NCBI GenBank assembly: GCA_963745835.1
Contig: CAVUZH010000022.1
Span: forward strand, 352,001 to 416,000
DNA length: 64,000 nucleotides
Origin: an uncultured delta proteobacterium
GTDB lineage: Bacteria; Desulfobacterota; Binatia; UBA9968
Direction of reading: 5' to 3'
Under the pieces are notes generated by a model. It searched no databases and had not been told where the DNA came from. It was given only the letters and a program-made list of their open reading frames with translations. Shown here piece after piece: positions 20,677 through 29,919 of the stretch (the stretch's first letter is position 1; every line of letters starts with the position of its first letter). Made by a program: the position numbers and the translations under genes.

Positions 20677-22782
20677 CTACATGAAATAATCGAAATCCTG
20701 CTCGCGCCGCAGGTTGTGCCGCACTCGAAAGATGTGCGCCGGGACGCTCGCGGGATTGAGACTAAGATAATTGCGTGGTCCGTTCCAAAGATAGCGCGCA
20801 TCGGTCAACAGATCATGCATCTGGAACGGCTTCGTCGGATCGAGACCCAGTTCCGCCAGGGGCAGATCCACCCAGCCGGATTGCGCGTGATGCGGATCGA
20901 GATTCACCGCAACGACAATAACATTATTGCGATCTTCGGTATATTTAGCGAAACAGATAATCTCGTCATTGTCCACGGTGTAAAAACGTAAGCTGCGATT
21001 ACGATGGAGCGCAGGATTTGCCGCGCGAATCTGGTTCACGCGCGCGATCAACCCGCGCAGGTTATCGGGCGATTCGCTGTTCCAATCTTTAATCTGGTAT
21101 TTTTCGGAATCCAGATATTCCTCGCTGCCGGGCTCACGCGGCGCGTTGACGCAGAGCTCGAACGCAGGGCCATAGATCCCATAGTTGGCGCCCAATGTGG
21201 CGGCAAGTATCAGGCGCGACATAAAGGCCGGCCGTCCGCCCGCCTGCAGATACTCCGGCAGGATATCGGGAGTGTTCGGCCACAGGTTGGGACGAAAGAA
21301 TTCGACGACGTCGGTTCGTGTCAGCTCGGTGAAATACTGGGTTAGCTCCGCCTTGGTGTTGCGCCAGGTGAAATACGTGTAGGACTGAGTGAAACCGAGC
21401 TTGGCCAGCCGGTACATGACTTTGGGACGAGTGAACGCTTCGGCGAGAAATATCGTTTCCGGATAATCTTTTCTAACCTCGGCAATGACCCATTCCCAGA
21501 AGCGAAAAGCTTTGGTGTGGGGATTATCGACGCGAAAGATTCGCACCCCATGTTGGCACCAGAACAACAGAACGCTCTTCAATTCGTCCCATAGAGCGCG
21601 CCAGTCTTCATTTTCAAAATCGATCGGATAAATGTCTTGATACTTTTTGGGCGGGTTTTCCGCGTACTGAATGGTGCCGTCAGGCCGTTTGCGAAACCAC
21701 TGCGGATGTTCTCTGACATAGGGATGATCGGGCGAGCATTGATAGGCGACGTCCAAGGCAATCTCGATTTCGTGCTCTCGGGCTTTTTCAACCAGCTGTT
21801 TGAAATCCGCCAAGGTACCGAGTAGTGGGTGCAGCGACTTATGACCGCCCTCTTCCGAACCGATGGCCCAGGGACTGCCGACATCATCCGAGCCGGCCGC
21901 AAGACTGCCGTTCATGCCTTTTCGATAGGAGCGTCCAATCGGATGAATCGGCGGCAGATAAAGCACGCTAAAGCCCAACTCGGCAATCCTCGGCAGCCGC
22001 GCTGCGCAGTCCCTGAGTGTGCCGTGTTTTCGCGGCTGATCAGCGCAGGAGCGCGGAAAGATCTCGTACCAGCTACTGAACTCGGCCTTCGGCCGATCGA
22101 CAACGATACGAAGCTCCTTGTCGTAACGCGCGGCCCAACGCCGCTCCGCATGCTTGCTCATGAGGACAGCAAGCTCTTCCTCCAGCGCCTTCTGAACCGC
22201 GCCGGCTTTTTTAGCGCGAAGCGCCGCCGCATAGGCTGTCAGCGCCTCGGCATCGCTGCCACGAGCTCGTTTGGCGGCTACTTCAATCAGTTCAGCCCCT
22301 TCGATCAATTCCAACCCGACGTCCTGCTTGGCGGCGGCTTTCTTGCTCAAACCGTCGCGCCAGGATTTAAACCGATCGACCCATGCTTCCAACGTGTAAA
22401 AATAATCCGTCAGCGCCATGATGTTAAAGGCGCCACGCCAGCGATCATTCACCAGCGGCTGCATCGGCGCTTCGCGCCAGTCGGATTCCCCTTGCGCGCG
22501 AAACAGCAGGCGCGCCGATAACGCATCGTGCCCGTCGGTGAATATATCGGCCTCGACCGTAACACGATCCCCGACCACTCGCTTGATCGGAAATCGGCCG
22601 CAGTCGATTTCCGGCTTGACTCGCTCGATCACCGCACGGATGCGGGGCTCAGTTGAACTGTTTAAGGGAGTCACTGCCGGTGGAGGATTGCGGGTCTGAA
22701 CGGCGCCAGTGTCATTTTTCTTTTGGCGACTGCGGCTGCCGCGAATGTTCCGGGTCATGCTTTTCCTATAGCTCGATTTCAA
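20677..22782 (-). CDS. glgE: Alpha-1,4-glucan:maltose-1-phosphate maltosyltransferase
   Basis: DUF3416 N-terminus (GRFPIKRVVG), SWYEIFPRS, YLPPIHPIG, AENPPKKYQDIYP, FRVDNPHTK, LAEAFT and NTPDIL. Exact start uncertain. Confidence 0.96.
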   Translation of the reverse strand: MKSSYRKSMTRNIRGSRSRQKKNDTGAVQTRNPPPAVTPLNSSTEPRIRAVIERVKPEIDCGRFPIKRVVGDRVTVEADIFTDGHDALSARLLFRAQGESDWREAPMQPLVNDRWRGAFNIMALTDYFYTLEAWVDRFKSWRDGLSKKAAAKQDVGLELIEGAELIEVAAKRARGSDAEALTAYAAALRAKKAGAVQKALEEELAVLMSKHAERRWAARYDKELRIVVDRPKAEFSSWYEIFPRSCADQPRKHGTLRDCAARLPRIAELGFSVLYLPPIHPIGRSYRKGMNGSLAAGSDDVGSPWAIGSEEGGHKSLHPLLGTLADFKQLVEKAREHEIEIALDVAYQCSPDHPYVREHPQWFRKRPDGTIQYAENPPKKYQDIYPIDFENEDWRALWDELKSVLLFWCQHGVRIFRVDNPHTKAFRFWEWVIAEVRKDYPETIFLAEAFTRPKVMYRLAKLGFTQSYTYFTWRNTKAELTQYFTELTRTDVVEFFRPNLWPNTPDILPEYLQAGGRPAFMSRLILAATLGANYGIYGPAFELCVNAPREPGSEEYLDSEKYQIKDWNSESPDNLRGLIARVNQIRAANPALHRNRSLRFYTVDNDEIICFAKYTEDRNNVIVVAVNLDPHHAQSGWVDLPLAELGLDPTKPFQMHDLLTDARYLWNGPRNYLSLNPASVPAHIFRVRHNLRREQDFDYFM

Positions 22783-22964
22783 GATTCGATTGCGGCGACG
22801 ATTTTAGGTGCACCGAAGGACGTTGAAAATACCGTCCGGCGAGATTATCACAAAACCGCGAACTTCTTTACGGGGCCAAACAAAATTAGGGGTGATTGGA
22901 AAAGTAAGCTCTGACTGATGCATCCGATGGCCACGCAAGTAATCTGGAGAGTGGCCGGAGTTGA

Positions 22965-24317
22965 CTAATCGTCACGGATGTTAAGCTTCTCCATCTTTCG
23001 GTAGAGCGAGGATCGACTCAATCCGAGGAGCTCCGCTGCGCGAGTCCGGTCGCCGGCGGTGTCCCTTAGAACATTGGCAATGTGGCTTTTCTCATAGGAC
23101 TCGACGGCGACGCGCAAATTGTTTGCCGTGACATTTCGGTCGTTCTCGGGAATCTCAGATTCAGGCAAATGCTCCGGCGTAATCCATTCGCCGTCGCCCA
23201 AAATCATCGCGCGCTCGAGCACGTTATCCAATTCGCGGATATTGCCCTTCCAGGGGAGCGACATCAGAACTTTCATTGCCGAGTTATCCGCGCCCTTGTA
23301 CGCCTTCTTCATCTCCCGGTTGTGACGTGAAATCAGGTAATCGACCAGCAACGGAATATCTTCCCGCCGTTCTCTCAGCGGCGGTACCCAGACATGCACG
23401 ACATTCAAACGGTAAAAAAGATCTTCGCGAAACTTACCCTCGCTAGCCTCCCGTTCAAGGTCGCGATTGGTCGAAGCGATGATTCGCACGTTTAAGCGGA
23501 CCGGCTGGGTCGAGCCGACAGCTAAAACTTCCTTGGTTTCTATGGCGCGCAACAGCTTGGGTTGGAGAGTCAACGGCATCTCGCCGATTTCGTCGAGAAA
23601 AATGGTCCCGCCCTGAGCCTTTTGAAATAGGCCCTCTTGGGCATTGATGGCGCCGGTGAACGCGCCCTTGGCATGACCAAAGAGCTGGCTTTCGAGGAGA
23701 GTGTCGGGAATCGCGCTGCAATTCACCGGCAGAAATACTTTGTCCTTTGACAAGCTTTGCAAATGCAAGGTTCGGGCGACGACTTCTTTGCCGACGCCGC
23801 TCTCCCCGGTGATCAAGACGGTGGAATTGGTTGCCGCGACCTTTGAAACGATTTTAAAAATATCTTGAATCGGCTTGCTGCTCCCAACCAGACTGGTCGG
23901 CTCCGACGAACGGTTAATCTCACGCCGCAGCATCTCGACTTCCCAGACTAGATTCTTATGCTCGAGAAATCGGCCGACCTTCCTAATCACATCTTCAATA
24001 ACGATCGGCTTGAGGATGTAGTCTTGCGCTCCAAGACGAAAGGCTTCTACCGCCGTGTCCACTGACGAGAAGGCGGTCATCAGAATGACTAACGTTTGGG
24101 GCGAAATGCTCCGCACATGCTTTAAGACGCTGAGACCGTCGACACCGGGCATTTTTAGATCGGTTAAAACCAAATCGAAATCGATCTGGTTGATCGCGTC
24201 GATAGCGGCCTTGCCATCCTCAGCTTGGTGAACGGTATAGCCCTCTTCTTCCAATACGCTCGCGATATTTCGCCGAGGTACGGAATCGTCGTCACAAACT
24301 AAGATCGTCGCGCTCAT
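22965..24317 (-). CDS. NtrC/AtoC-family sigma54-dependent response regulator (REC-AAA+-HTH)
   Basis: Receiver LVCDDD/LTDLKMP/KP, GESGVGKE, ESQLFGHAKGAFTGA, FLDEIGE, WKGNIREL and Fis HTH AAELLGLSRSSLYRKM. Confidence 0.96.
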   Translation of the reverse strand: MSATILVCDDDSVPRRNIASVLEEEGYTVHQAEDGKAAIDAINQIDFDLVLTDLKMPGVDGLSVLKHVRSISPQTLVILMTAFSSVDTAVEAFRLGAQDYILKPIVIEDVIRKVGRFLEHKNLVWEVEMLRREINRSSEPTSLVGSSKPIQDIFKIVSKVAATNSTVLITGESGVGKEVVARTLHLQSLSKDKVFLPVNCSAIPDTLLESQLFGHAKGAFTGAINAQEGLFQKAQGGTIFLDEIGEMPLTLQPKLLRAIETKEVLAVGSTQPVRLNVRIIASTNRDLEREASEGKFREDLFYRLNVVHVWVPPLRERREDIPLLVDYLISRHNREMKKAYKGADNSAMKVLMSLPWKGNIRELDNVLERAMILGDGEWITPEHLPESEIPENDRNVTANNLRVAVESYEKSHIANVLRDTAGDRTRAAELLGLSRSSLYRKMEKLNIRDD

Positions 24318-24429
24318 CTCAGTGGAGTACTCGTTCTTTCTATGTTTCCAGATTCACAACAGCGCCAAACCGAAACGTTGGGATAGCTGCACGAGGAATA
24401 AAACAATAGCAACTATCCGTTTCGCGCGG

Positions 24430-24445
24430 CGCAAGATGCGTGCCG
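24430..24445 (-). promoter_or_regulatory. sigma54 -24/-12 promoter of the NtrC-family activator gene
   Basis: Minus strand CGGCACGCATCTTGCG (GG-N10-GC), about 110 bp upstream of ATG 24317. Confidence 0.75.
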
Positions 24446-24485
24446 TTCTTATACCCGTGCGGTTCCAGTTCGGCGAATCACATTC

Positions 24486-24532
24486 GTGTCTCGTTTGAGA
24501 CACACTACTCCGCTCGTGTCCCGAAAACAACA
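24486..24532. promoter_or_regulatory. Tandem palindromic upstream activator sites (TGT-N10-ACA)
   Basis: GTGTCTC-GTTT-GAGACAC (24486-24503, perfect inverted repeat) and TGTCCCGAAAACAACA (24517-24532), 30 bp apart, upstream of the sigma54 promoter. Confidence 0.65.
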
Positions 24533-24587
24533 CACAGACCTGCACTTAGTCCATTAGGGGGCTCGAAGAGGAACTAGAGAAATCGCT

Positions 24588-24950
24588 TCATCGCCTTCCT
24601 TGCTTGCCAGCTTGCACATCATCTCCGCGAGTAGTCCACCATCCAGCTATTCCACCCCATATAGCCAGAACTACTCCAAGGGCCATGAGGGTTAATCCGA
24701 TGGGTGGAATCATCAGGGCGAATCCACCGCCGATCACTAGTAGAGCCAATCCGGCGGCGACTAAACCAAAGGGACGGCGTTCACTTTGATCTGACGTTTG
24801 GCTTGGCGGAACCGGCGATCCTGTGGCGATATCGTTGATCAGGGACGAAGCATACGAACGGAGCTCGTGCCGCTGATCCGCCGGACTTCGTTCTATAGCG
24901 CGGCTGATTTCCTCGACTAACCGCTCTATCTCTTGTTCGGTACTTGACAT
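24588..24950 (-). CDS. Hypothetical protein with two C-terminal transmembrane helices
   Basis: 120 aa ORF with hydrophobic FGLVAAGLALLVIGGGF / IGLTLMALGVVLAIWGG, co-oriented with neighbours. Confidence 0.65.
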   Translation of the reverse strand: MSSTEQEIERLVEEISRAIERSPADQRHELRSYASSLINDIATGSPVPPSQTSDQSERRPFGLVAAGLALLVIGGGFALMIPPIGLTLMALGVVLAIWGGIAGWWTTRGDDVQAGKQGRR

Positions 24951-25012
24951 TCTGGAATCGCCCGGCGCCGAGCAGTCGTTCAGCTAATTGGGCGGGGCGA
25001 GGCAAATGCCTG

Positions 25013-25495
25013 TTAACTTCTCAATTCATTAGCGACCAGTCGCTGGCGCGAATTCCTGGCAATTGGCTGATACTCCGGAATAGCCGAAGACACACTATTT
25101 GCTTGCAGCTTACGCTCGCGCCATAGCTTGAGCCCGGTGCGAATGTAAGTAGGCTCGAGCCCGAGAGTGTCGCAAACGTTGACGAATGAAAAGAACCAAT
25201 GCCGGTCATCGGATGAAAACCATTCGTTTACGTCGCGAAACAGTCGAGTCGCGCGAGTACCTTTTTTTACCGCGTACTTTTGATACGTCCGAATGGCTTC
25301 ACGAAGGATCGCCTGCACTAGGATGAACTCTCCCATGACTTCCATTCGACGGTTCTGATTAGTCGCCGCATGAATGCCGAGGGGCATACTACTGATTTGA
25401 GATAAAATATCGTCGGAAAAATCCGCATCTTTGGATTCAAAACGAGTGCTGCCGGAAAACTCCCCCCGATCGCCACTTCCGAATGCCTGTTTCAT
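25013..25495 (-). CDS. Conserved hypothetical protein (AILxEA..YQ..EWF.SDD..W.FSF.NVC..LGL.P.YIR.GL type)
   Basis: GGAGG RBS before ATG 25495, own sigma54 promoter, and a motif pattern I recall from an uncharacterised family in Deltaproteobacteria-like genomes. Confidence 0.75.
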   Translation of the reverse strand: MKQAFGSGDRGEFSGSTRFESKDADFSDDILSQISSMPLGIHAATNQNRRMEVMGEFILVQAILREAIRTYQKYAVKKGTRATRLFRDVNEWFSSDDRHWFFSFVNVCDTLGLEPTYIRTGLKLWRERKLQANSVSSAIPEYQPIARNSRQRLVANELRS

Positions 25496-25537
25496 TACAT
25501 AATCCTCCACAACCAGTTTGATCTCGTCTCAAATGGC

Positions 25538-25553
25538 AGCAACGTACATGCCA
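25538..25553 (-). promoter_or_regulatory. sigma54 -24/-12 promoter
   Basis: Minus strand TGGCATGTACGTTGCT, about 40 bp upstream of ATG 25495. Confidence 0.8.
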
Positions 25554-25753
25554 CTTCTCCAACTGGGTGTAATTGCACGGCTTGACTATTTACCATTCTC
25601 CGATGTGGGACGACAATCATGAGCCAGTTATTTGAATGGGACGTACGCGGCCATGATTTTTACGAGCGACAACGCTGCGGAGCCAGCGGAGAAAATCGAA
25701 GCTCGGCGCACGCGCGCGGCGAGTAGAGTTGTAAGCGCTAAGTGCATGAGACA

Positions 25754-25769
25754 TGGCATGGGAATTGTT
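25754..25769 (+). promoter_or_regulatory. Possible variant sigma54 promoter (-12 GT instead of GC)
   Basis: TGGCATGGGAATTGTT about 35 bp upstream of ATG 25804. Confidence 0.45.
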
Positions 25770-25803
25770 CATTGTAGAGTCAAAAAGCACGGAGGAGTTG
25801 ATC

Positions 25804-26094
25804 ATGCCCATCGTAAGATTGATTTTCGTCAGGGTAGTGTCCGAGGAAGCAAAGAGCGCAGAACAGATCTGGAAAGAGAGTTGCGCGCCGTTGATGATTC
25901 AACAGCCTGGTTGCCTTTCGGAAAAACTGCTCAGGTCAAGTGACGATGCGGGAGAATTCATCTCCTATTCAGAGTGGAAGGATCAACAAAGTATCGATGC
26001 TTACCGGGTTAGTGACGCTCATGAAGAAATTAAGAAACATGCGCGACATCTGCACGGAGATCGACCGTCGGTCAAACGTTATGAGGTCGTATAG
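25804..26094 (+). CDS. Antibiotic biosynthesis monooxygenase (ABM) family dimeric alpha+beta barrel protein
   Basis: QQPGCL, EFISYSEW..SIDAY..SDAH. GGAGGAG RBS before ATG 25804. Confidence 0.85.
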   Translation: MPIVRLIFVRVVSEEAKSAEQIWKESCAPLMIQQPGCLSEKLLRSSDDAGEFISYSEWKDQQSIDAYRVSDAHEEIKKHARHLHGDRPSVKRYEVV

Positions 26095-26183
26095 CGGGAG
26101 GAGGCGCGATGCTCGACGCAAATACGTTCGATAGTCGGCCTAATACCGGTGATGGCCATGTGTCCTAAGCATCGCTTCTTCTG

Positions 26184-26228
26184 TGTCGCTTACGCGAAAG
26201 TCAGCCAGTCGTTGTCCCGTGTCCGAAA
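26184..26228. promoter_or_regulatory. Candidate tandem activator-binding sites
   Basis: TGTCGC-TTAC-GCGAAA (26184-26199) and TGTCCC-GTGT-CCGAAA (26213-26228), 29 bp apart, upstream of the sigma54 promoter at 26280. Confidence 0.5.
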
Positions 26229-26279
26229 CGGGTTGTGCCGCATCGGCCGAACATAAGTGGGATTGTCTCACGAAAAATG

Positions 26280-26295
26280 TGGCACGCAGCTTGCC
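26280..26295 (+). promoter_or_regulatory. sigma54 -24/-12 promoter
   Basis: TGGCACGCAGCTTGCC is a near-perfect consensus, about 50 bp upstream of GTG 26344. Confidence 0.85.
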
Positions 26296-26343
26296 ATTGT
26301 GCCCGCTACATTCATCAACGATCCGCACCAAAGGAGCTTCTGA

Positions 26344-27390
26344 GTGCGCCACAATAATGTATGGGCGATCGTTTTGGCTGGCGGTGAAGGCACGAGAGTT
26401 CGTGGTTTTCTCAAGCAGCTTTGTGGTGGAACCGGACTAAAGCAATTTTCGCCGATCATCGGCCGACGCTCGATGCTGCAGCACACCCTCGATCGGATGC
26501 AGCAGTTGGTGCCGGCCGAACGTACGGTGATAGTAGTGGGCGCGCATCAGAGTGGGGAAGCATTGCGCCAGCTCTCCCACTGGCCGCAAGAGAACATTAT
26601 CTACCAACCCGCCAATCGCGACACTGCGCCAGGTATCCTGCTGCCGTTTTCATACATTACCGACCGCGACCCGTCGGCCACCGTTATCGTCTCCCCTTCC
26701 GATCACTTCGTGCGCGATGAGAACCGCTTCATGGACGCAGTCGCGAGCGCGCTTGCGGATCTAAAGCGGTATTCCGACAAGATGATCCTGTTAGGCATGA
26801 CCCCCGAGCAGGGCCAAGAAACGGAGTATGGCTATATCCAACTCAAAAAGACTAGACGCCCAACCCTGACGCGACCGGTGGCGGGCTTTGTTGAAAAGCC
26901 TCCGCTGGCGCTTGCACGGCGTTTGATCAACCAAGGCGCGTTATGGAACACGATGGTTTTCACCGTCAGAGGCACTACCTTATGGCAGATGGTTCGGGAT
27001 ACGGTGCCGTCGCTGTACAATGCCTTTGGTTTGATTCAGTCGATGCTGGGCAGCATCCATGCGCCTGGCTTCATCCAACACATCTATCAGACGATTCCCA
27101 ACGTCAATTTCTCCTCTGATATCTGCGCACCTCTGGCGAAAAGGCTACGCGTTCTCGAGGTACCGAATGTCGGCTGGAGCGACTGGGGGACTGTTGCCAG
27201 TATCCTGCGCTCGCTGATTGAAATGGGCCAGCTCGAAACATTCCGAATGCGCCTTGAGGAAAGCCAGGTACACCCCTCCTGGTACGCCGCTTCATTGGCT
27301 GAAATCGATCCACAATCTAGGGATCTCGCGCCCGAAGCGGTATATTCTTCAATACGGACCGAAGTTGAGGCCTATCTATCTCCGGATTAG
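26344..27390 (+). CDS. Mannose-1-phosphate guanylyltransferase-like sugar-phosphate nucleotidyltransferase
   Basis: VLAGGEGTR, KQF, NRDTAPGI, PSDH, EYGYI, FVEKP and GWSDWG. No PMI domain. Confidence 0.85.
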   Translation: MRHNNVWAIVLAGGEGTRVRGFLKQLCGGTGLKQFSPIIGRRSMLQHTLDRMQQLVPAERTVIVVGAHQSGEALRQLSHWPQENIIYQPANRDTAPGILLPFSYITDRDPSATVIVSPSDHFVRDENRFMDAVASALADLKRYSDKMILLGMTPEQGQETEYGYIQLKKTRRPTLTRPVAGFVEKPPLALARRLINQGALWNTMVFTVRGTTLWQMVRDTVPSLYNAFGLIQSMLGSIHAPGFIQHIYQTIPNVNFSSDICAPLAKRLRVLEVPNVGWSDWGTVASILRSLIEMGQLETFRMRLEESQVHPSWYAASLAEIDPQSRDLAPEAVYSSIRTEVEAYLSPD

Positions 27391-27478
27391 CCACAGAACT
27401 AATCGTTCAGTGCAGAGTTCTGACAAGAAGAAGCAGCCGGCTCTTGATTTCAAATTTCCCGCCGGATCATGACGAGCT

Positions 27479-27784
27479 TCAATCGACCACCATGTATATT
27501 TCACGGTTGGGCGACTGACGTAACAGCGGCGAAACCTTCTTGCTCCATTGTTGGAAGGTGGGTTCAGCCGTCACTTTACGGATCTGTTCTTCTAATATTT
27601 GCAACTCAGGCGCGTCCTGCGTAAACACCACATTGGGCGCGTCGGGTGAGGCAAAATGGGTGCGCAGTATTCTCGTATTTTCGCCACCTGCTTGCTTGAC
27701 GATATCACGCAAAGTTTTTAGCTCATGCTCTACTTCCCCCGTTTTACCGGGTAACGTAAGAAATGTCAGACGCGATACGTACAT
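27479..27784 (-). CDS. Small hypothetical protein, probable dimeric alpha+beta barrel (NIPSNAP/ABM-like)
   Basis: AGGAGG RBS before ATG 27784, with LPGKTGEVE...FQQWSKKVSPLL...REIY pattern. Confidence 0.65.
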   Translation of the reverse strand: MYVSRLTFLTLPGKTGEVEHELKTLRDIVKQAGGENTRILRTHFASPDAPNVVFTQDAPELQILEEQIRKVTAEPTFQQWSKKVSPLLRQSPNREIYMVVD

Positions 27785-27942
27785 CTCAAGATCCTCCTTG
27801 CTTGTTATCGAGCTCACAGCCCGCGGTTGGCGATCGAACCTGAGTATTGAATCGTTTGATGTCTGCCAGGGAGTTCCTCGATACATGAAACCGCATTTTT
27901 AGCCGAATTGCCTTTCGTCGAAGGGGAGAGATTTTATCCGTC

Positions 27943-29511
27943 TTAGGTTGAAAGCGCGCCGGCGGCCCTTTTAGCTTTTTTCTTGGCTGCCGGGATCCGC
28001 AGCTGGCGCAACGCCTTAGCCTCGATCTGGCGCACGCGCTCACGGGTAATCAAAAACATGTCGCCAATCTCCTGCAAGGTGTGCTCCCGGGTAAGGTCGA
28101 TACCAAACCGGTGCCGCAACACGGTTTGTTGCCGCGGATTGAGAATCGATAAAGATTGTCTGGTAACGGAACAAAGGTCGTTTTTTAAAAGTTCGTCCGC
28201 AGGGTCCTGAGCGCGTCGGTCCCTGGCGTAATGCTGCAGTGTTTCTTCGGAATTCTCGCCAAGCGGCGCCTGCAACGACAGATGCTCACTTGGCAGTGTA
28301 ATGATTCTTCGAATCTCCTGAAGGCTAAGGCCGGTATCAGCGGCCATATCTTCCGGCAGAGGGGTTCTGCCGAGCCTTTGCGCGAGGTCCTCGAAGCTGC
28401 GCCGCAACTTGCTCCTGGCTTCCACGATGTGAGCGGGAATCCGAATCATATGTCCGGAATCAACCATGCTGCGAGCGATAAATTGCCGTATCCACCAGGT
28501 GGCATAGGTGGAAAAACGATATCCCAGACGGTGGTCGAACTTCTCGGCCGCCCGCATCAAACCGATGTTTCCCTCCTGAATCAAGTCTGCGAGATCCACA
28601 TTGAAACGGCGGAACCGTTTGGCAATGCTGACCACCAAACGGAGGTTACCCTCGGTGAAAAGCTTTTTCGCCGTATCTACTTGTTGCTCACCGTCCGATA
28701 TTGCATCGACATGACGTTTGAGCTCTTCGGAACTCACACCGGTTTTTTGTTCGATCTCCTTTATTTCCCGCAGGCAAGCTTCTCGCTCAGCTCCAGCAGA
28801 GTCCGCCAGCAACCTTTCGCAGGCAATGGTGCGGCGCGCCGACTGCCGCAACGATTCGGCGATTACCGTGAGTTGCAGCCGTGTTAAACCGAGATCGCGG
28901 AGCATGCCGACGATTTTTTGGGCTTCCCTGGCGATAGTTCGCCGCAGTAACCAGCGCGCTCGTTGGGACGGTTTTTTTGCCCGCGCTTTGCGCTGCAGCG
29001 CTTCGATGTTTCTCAGGCGCCTCCTTATCGAGCGTACCGATTTCAAAAATGCGTCTCTCGTATCCACTTGGAATTTGACAGGCGCGCCACCGGTGTCGTC
29101 TTCTCTTGTCAGCCCCTCGATAACGTCAGACACGCGGATCTCGTCGTTTTGTACTTTGTCAGCCAAGTCGAGCACATGCCGGGAAGCTATCGGCGTAGAA
29201 AGGATGCTTTCGAGGATTTTGGATTCGCCGTCTTCCCTGAGTTTGGCAATGTCAATCTCTTGCTGATGCGTGAGCAACTGAAAAGAGCGAATTTCGTTCA
29301 AGTAGATCGATAAGGGCTCGTTGCCGGCAGTCGCCTCCGTTTCCTCCGCCTCCTGCCGCCCGTCATCGGAGACGCTATTCGACTCAGGCGCTGACGGCTC
29401 ACCCAGATCGACTTCCGCCTGATCCTCCTCGAGCTGATCTTCTGTGCGAGAAGGTTGCAGAGAGCTGGCAAGGGAAGCGCTGTTCGCGCGGAAAGCGGAC
29501 TCTAAATCCAT
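27943..29511 (-). CDS. Divergent RpoD-like (group 2-type) sigma70 factor
   Basis: Region 1.2 [10 protein letters not shown], long non-conserved region, region 2 [32 protein letters not shown] and region 4 [23 protein letters not shown]. Start reassigned to ATG 29511 (GAGGAG RBS). Confidence 0.92.
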   Translation of the reverse strand: MDLESAFRANSASLASSLQPSRTEDQLEEDQAEVDLGEPSAPESNSVSDDGRQEAEETEATAGNEPLSIYLNEIRSFQLLTHQQEIDIAKLREDGESKILESILSTPIASRHVLDLADKVQNDEIRVSDVIEGLTREDDTGGAPVKFQVDTRDAFLKSVRSIRRRLRNIEALQRKARAKKPSQRARWLLRRTIAREAQKIVGMLRDLGLTRLQLTVIAESLRQSARRTIACERLLADSAGAEREACLREIKEIEQKTGVSSEELKRHVDAISDGEQQVDTAKKLFTEGNLRLVVSIAKRFRRFNVDLADLIQEGNIGLMRAAEKFDHRLGYRFSTYATWWIRQFIARSMVDSGHMIRIPAHIVEARSKLRRSFEDLAQRLGRTPLPEDMAADTGLSLQEIRRIITLPSEHLSLQAPLGENSEETLQHYARDRRAQDPADELLKNDLCSVTRQSLSILNPRQQTVLRHRFGIDLTREHTLQEIGDMFLITRERVRQIEAKALRQLRIPAAKKKAKRAAGALST

Positions 29512-29570
29512 CGTAATCAACTCCTCGGCAAAACAACAACACACAGGCAGGATGAGACGCGTTTGAGTAG

Positions 29571-29586
29571 GGCAACAAATATGCCA
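29571..29586 (-). promoter_or_regulatory. sigma54 -24/-12 promoter of the RpoD-like sigma gene
   Basis: Minus strand TGGCATATTTGTTGCC, 60 bp upstream of ATG 29511. Confidence 0.8.
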
Positions 29587-29723
29587 TTGTCTTTAGAAGA
29601 CAGAAGCCAGCTCTGTGATTCTCATGTAGCGCGGATCGGACAGGAAGCACTCTTGTTGTAGCGGCAGCAGGACGCATAACAGCGACCCAAAAAGTTGTCA
29701 TACGACAAACGAAGCATGGTTCG

Positions 29724-29739
29724 TGGCATATGCCTTGCT
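29724..29739 (+). promoter_or_regulatory. sigma54 -24/-12 promoter upstream of sucA
   Basis: TGGCATATGCCTTGCT, divergent from the promoter at 29571-29586. Confidence 0.78.
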
Positions 29740-29919
29740 GAAATTTTCCTCACTAGCAAACTGTTAACACCAGCGTGGTGAACTGCGCTTCATATTGAAG
29801 CAATCATCGCTCTCCTGACCAAATAGAGGCTCATGAAAACTTCCGCGCCAATTGCCCAACTATATTCCGCGGAGAATCTTGTCTGTTGATTGGATTTTTT
29901 TTTCTGATTTGATTCGATC

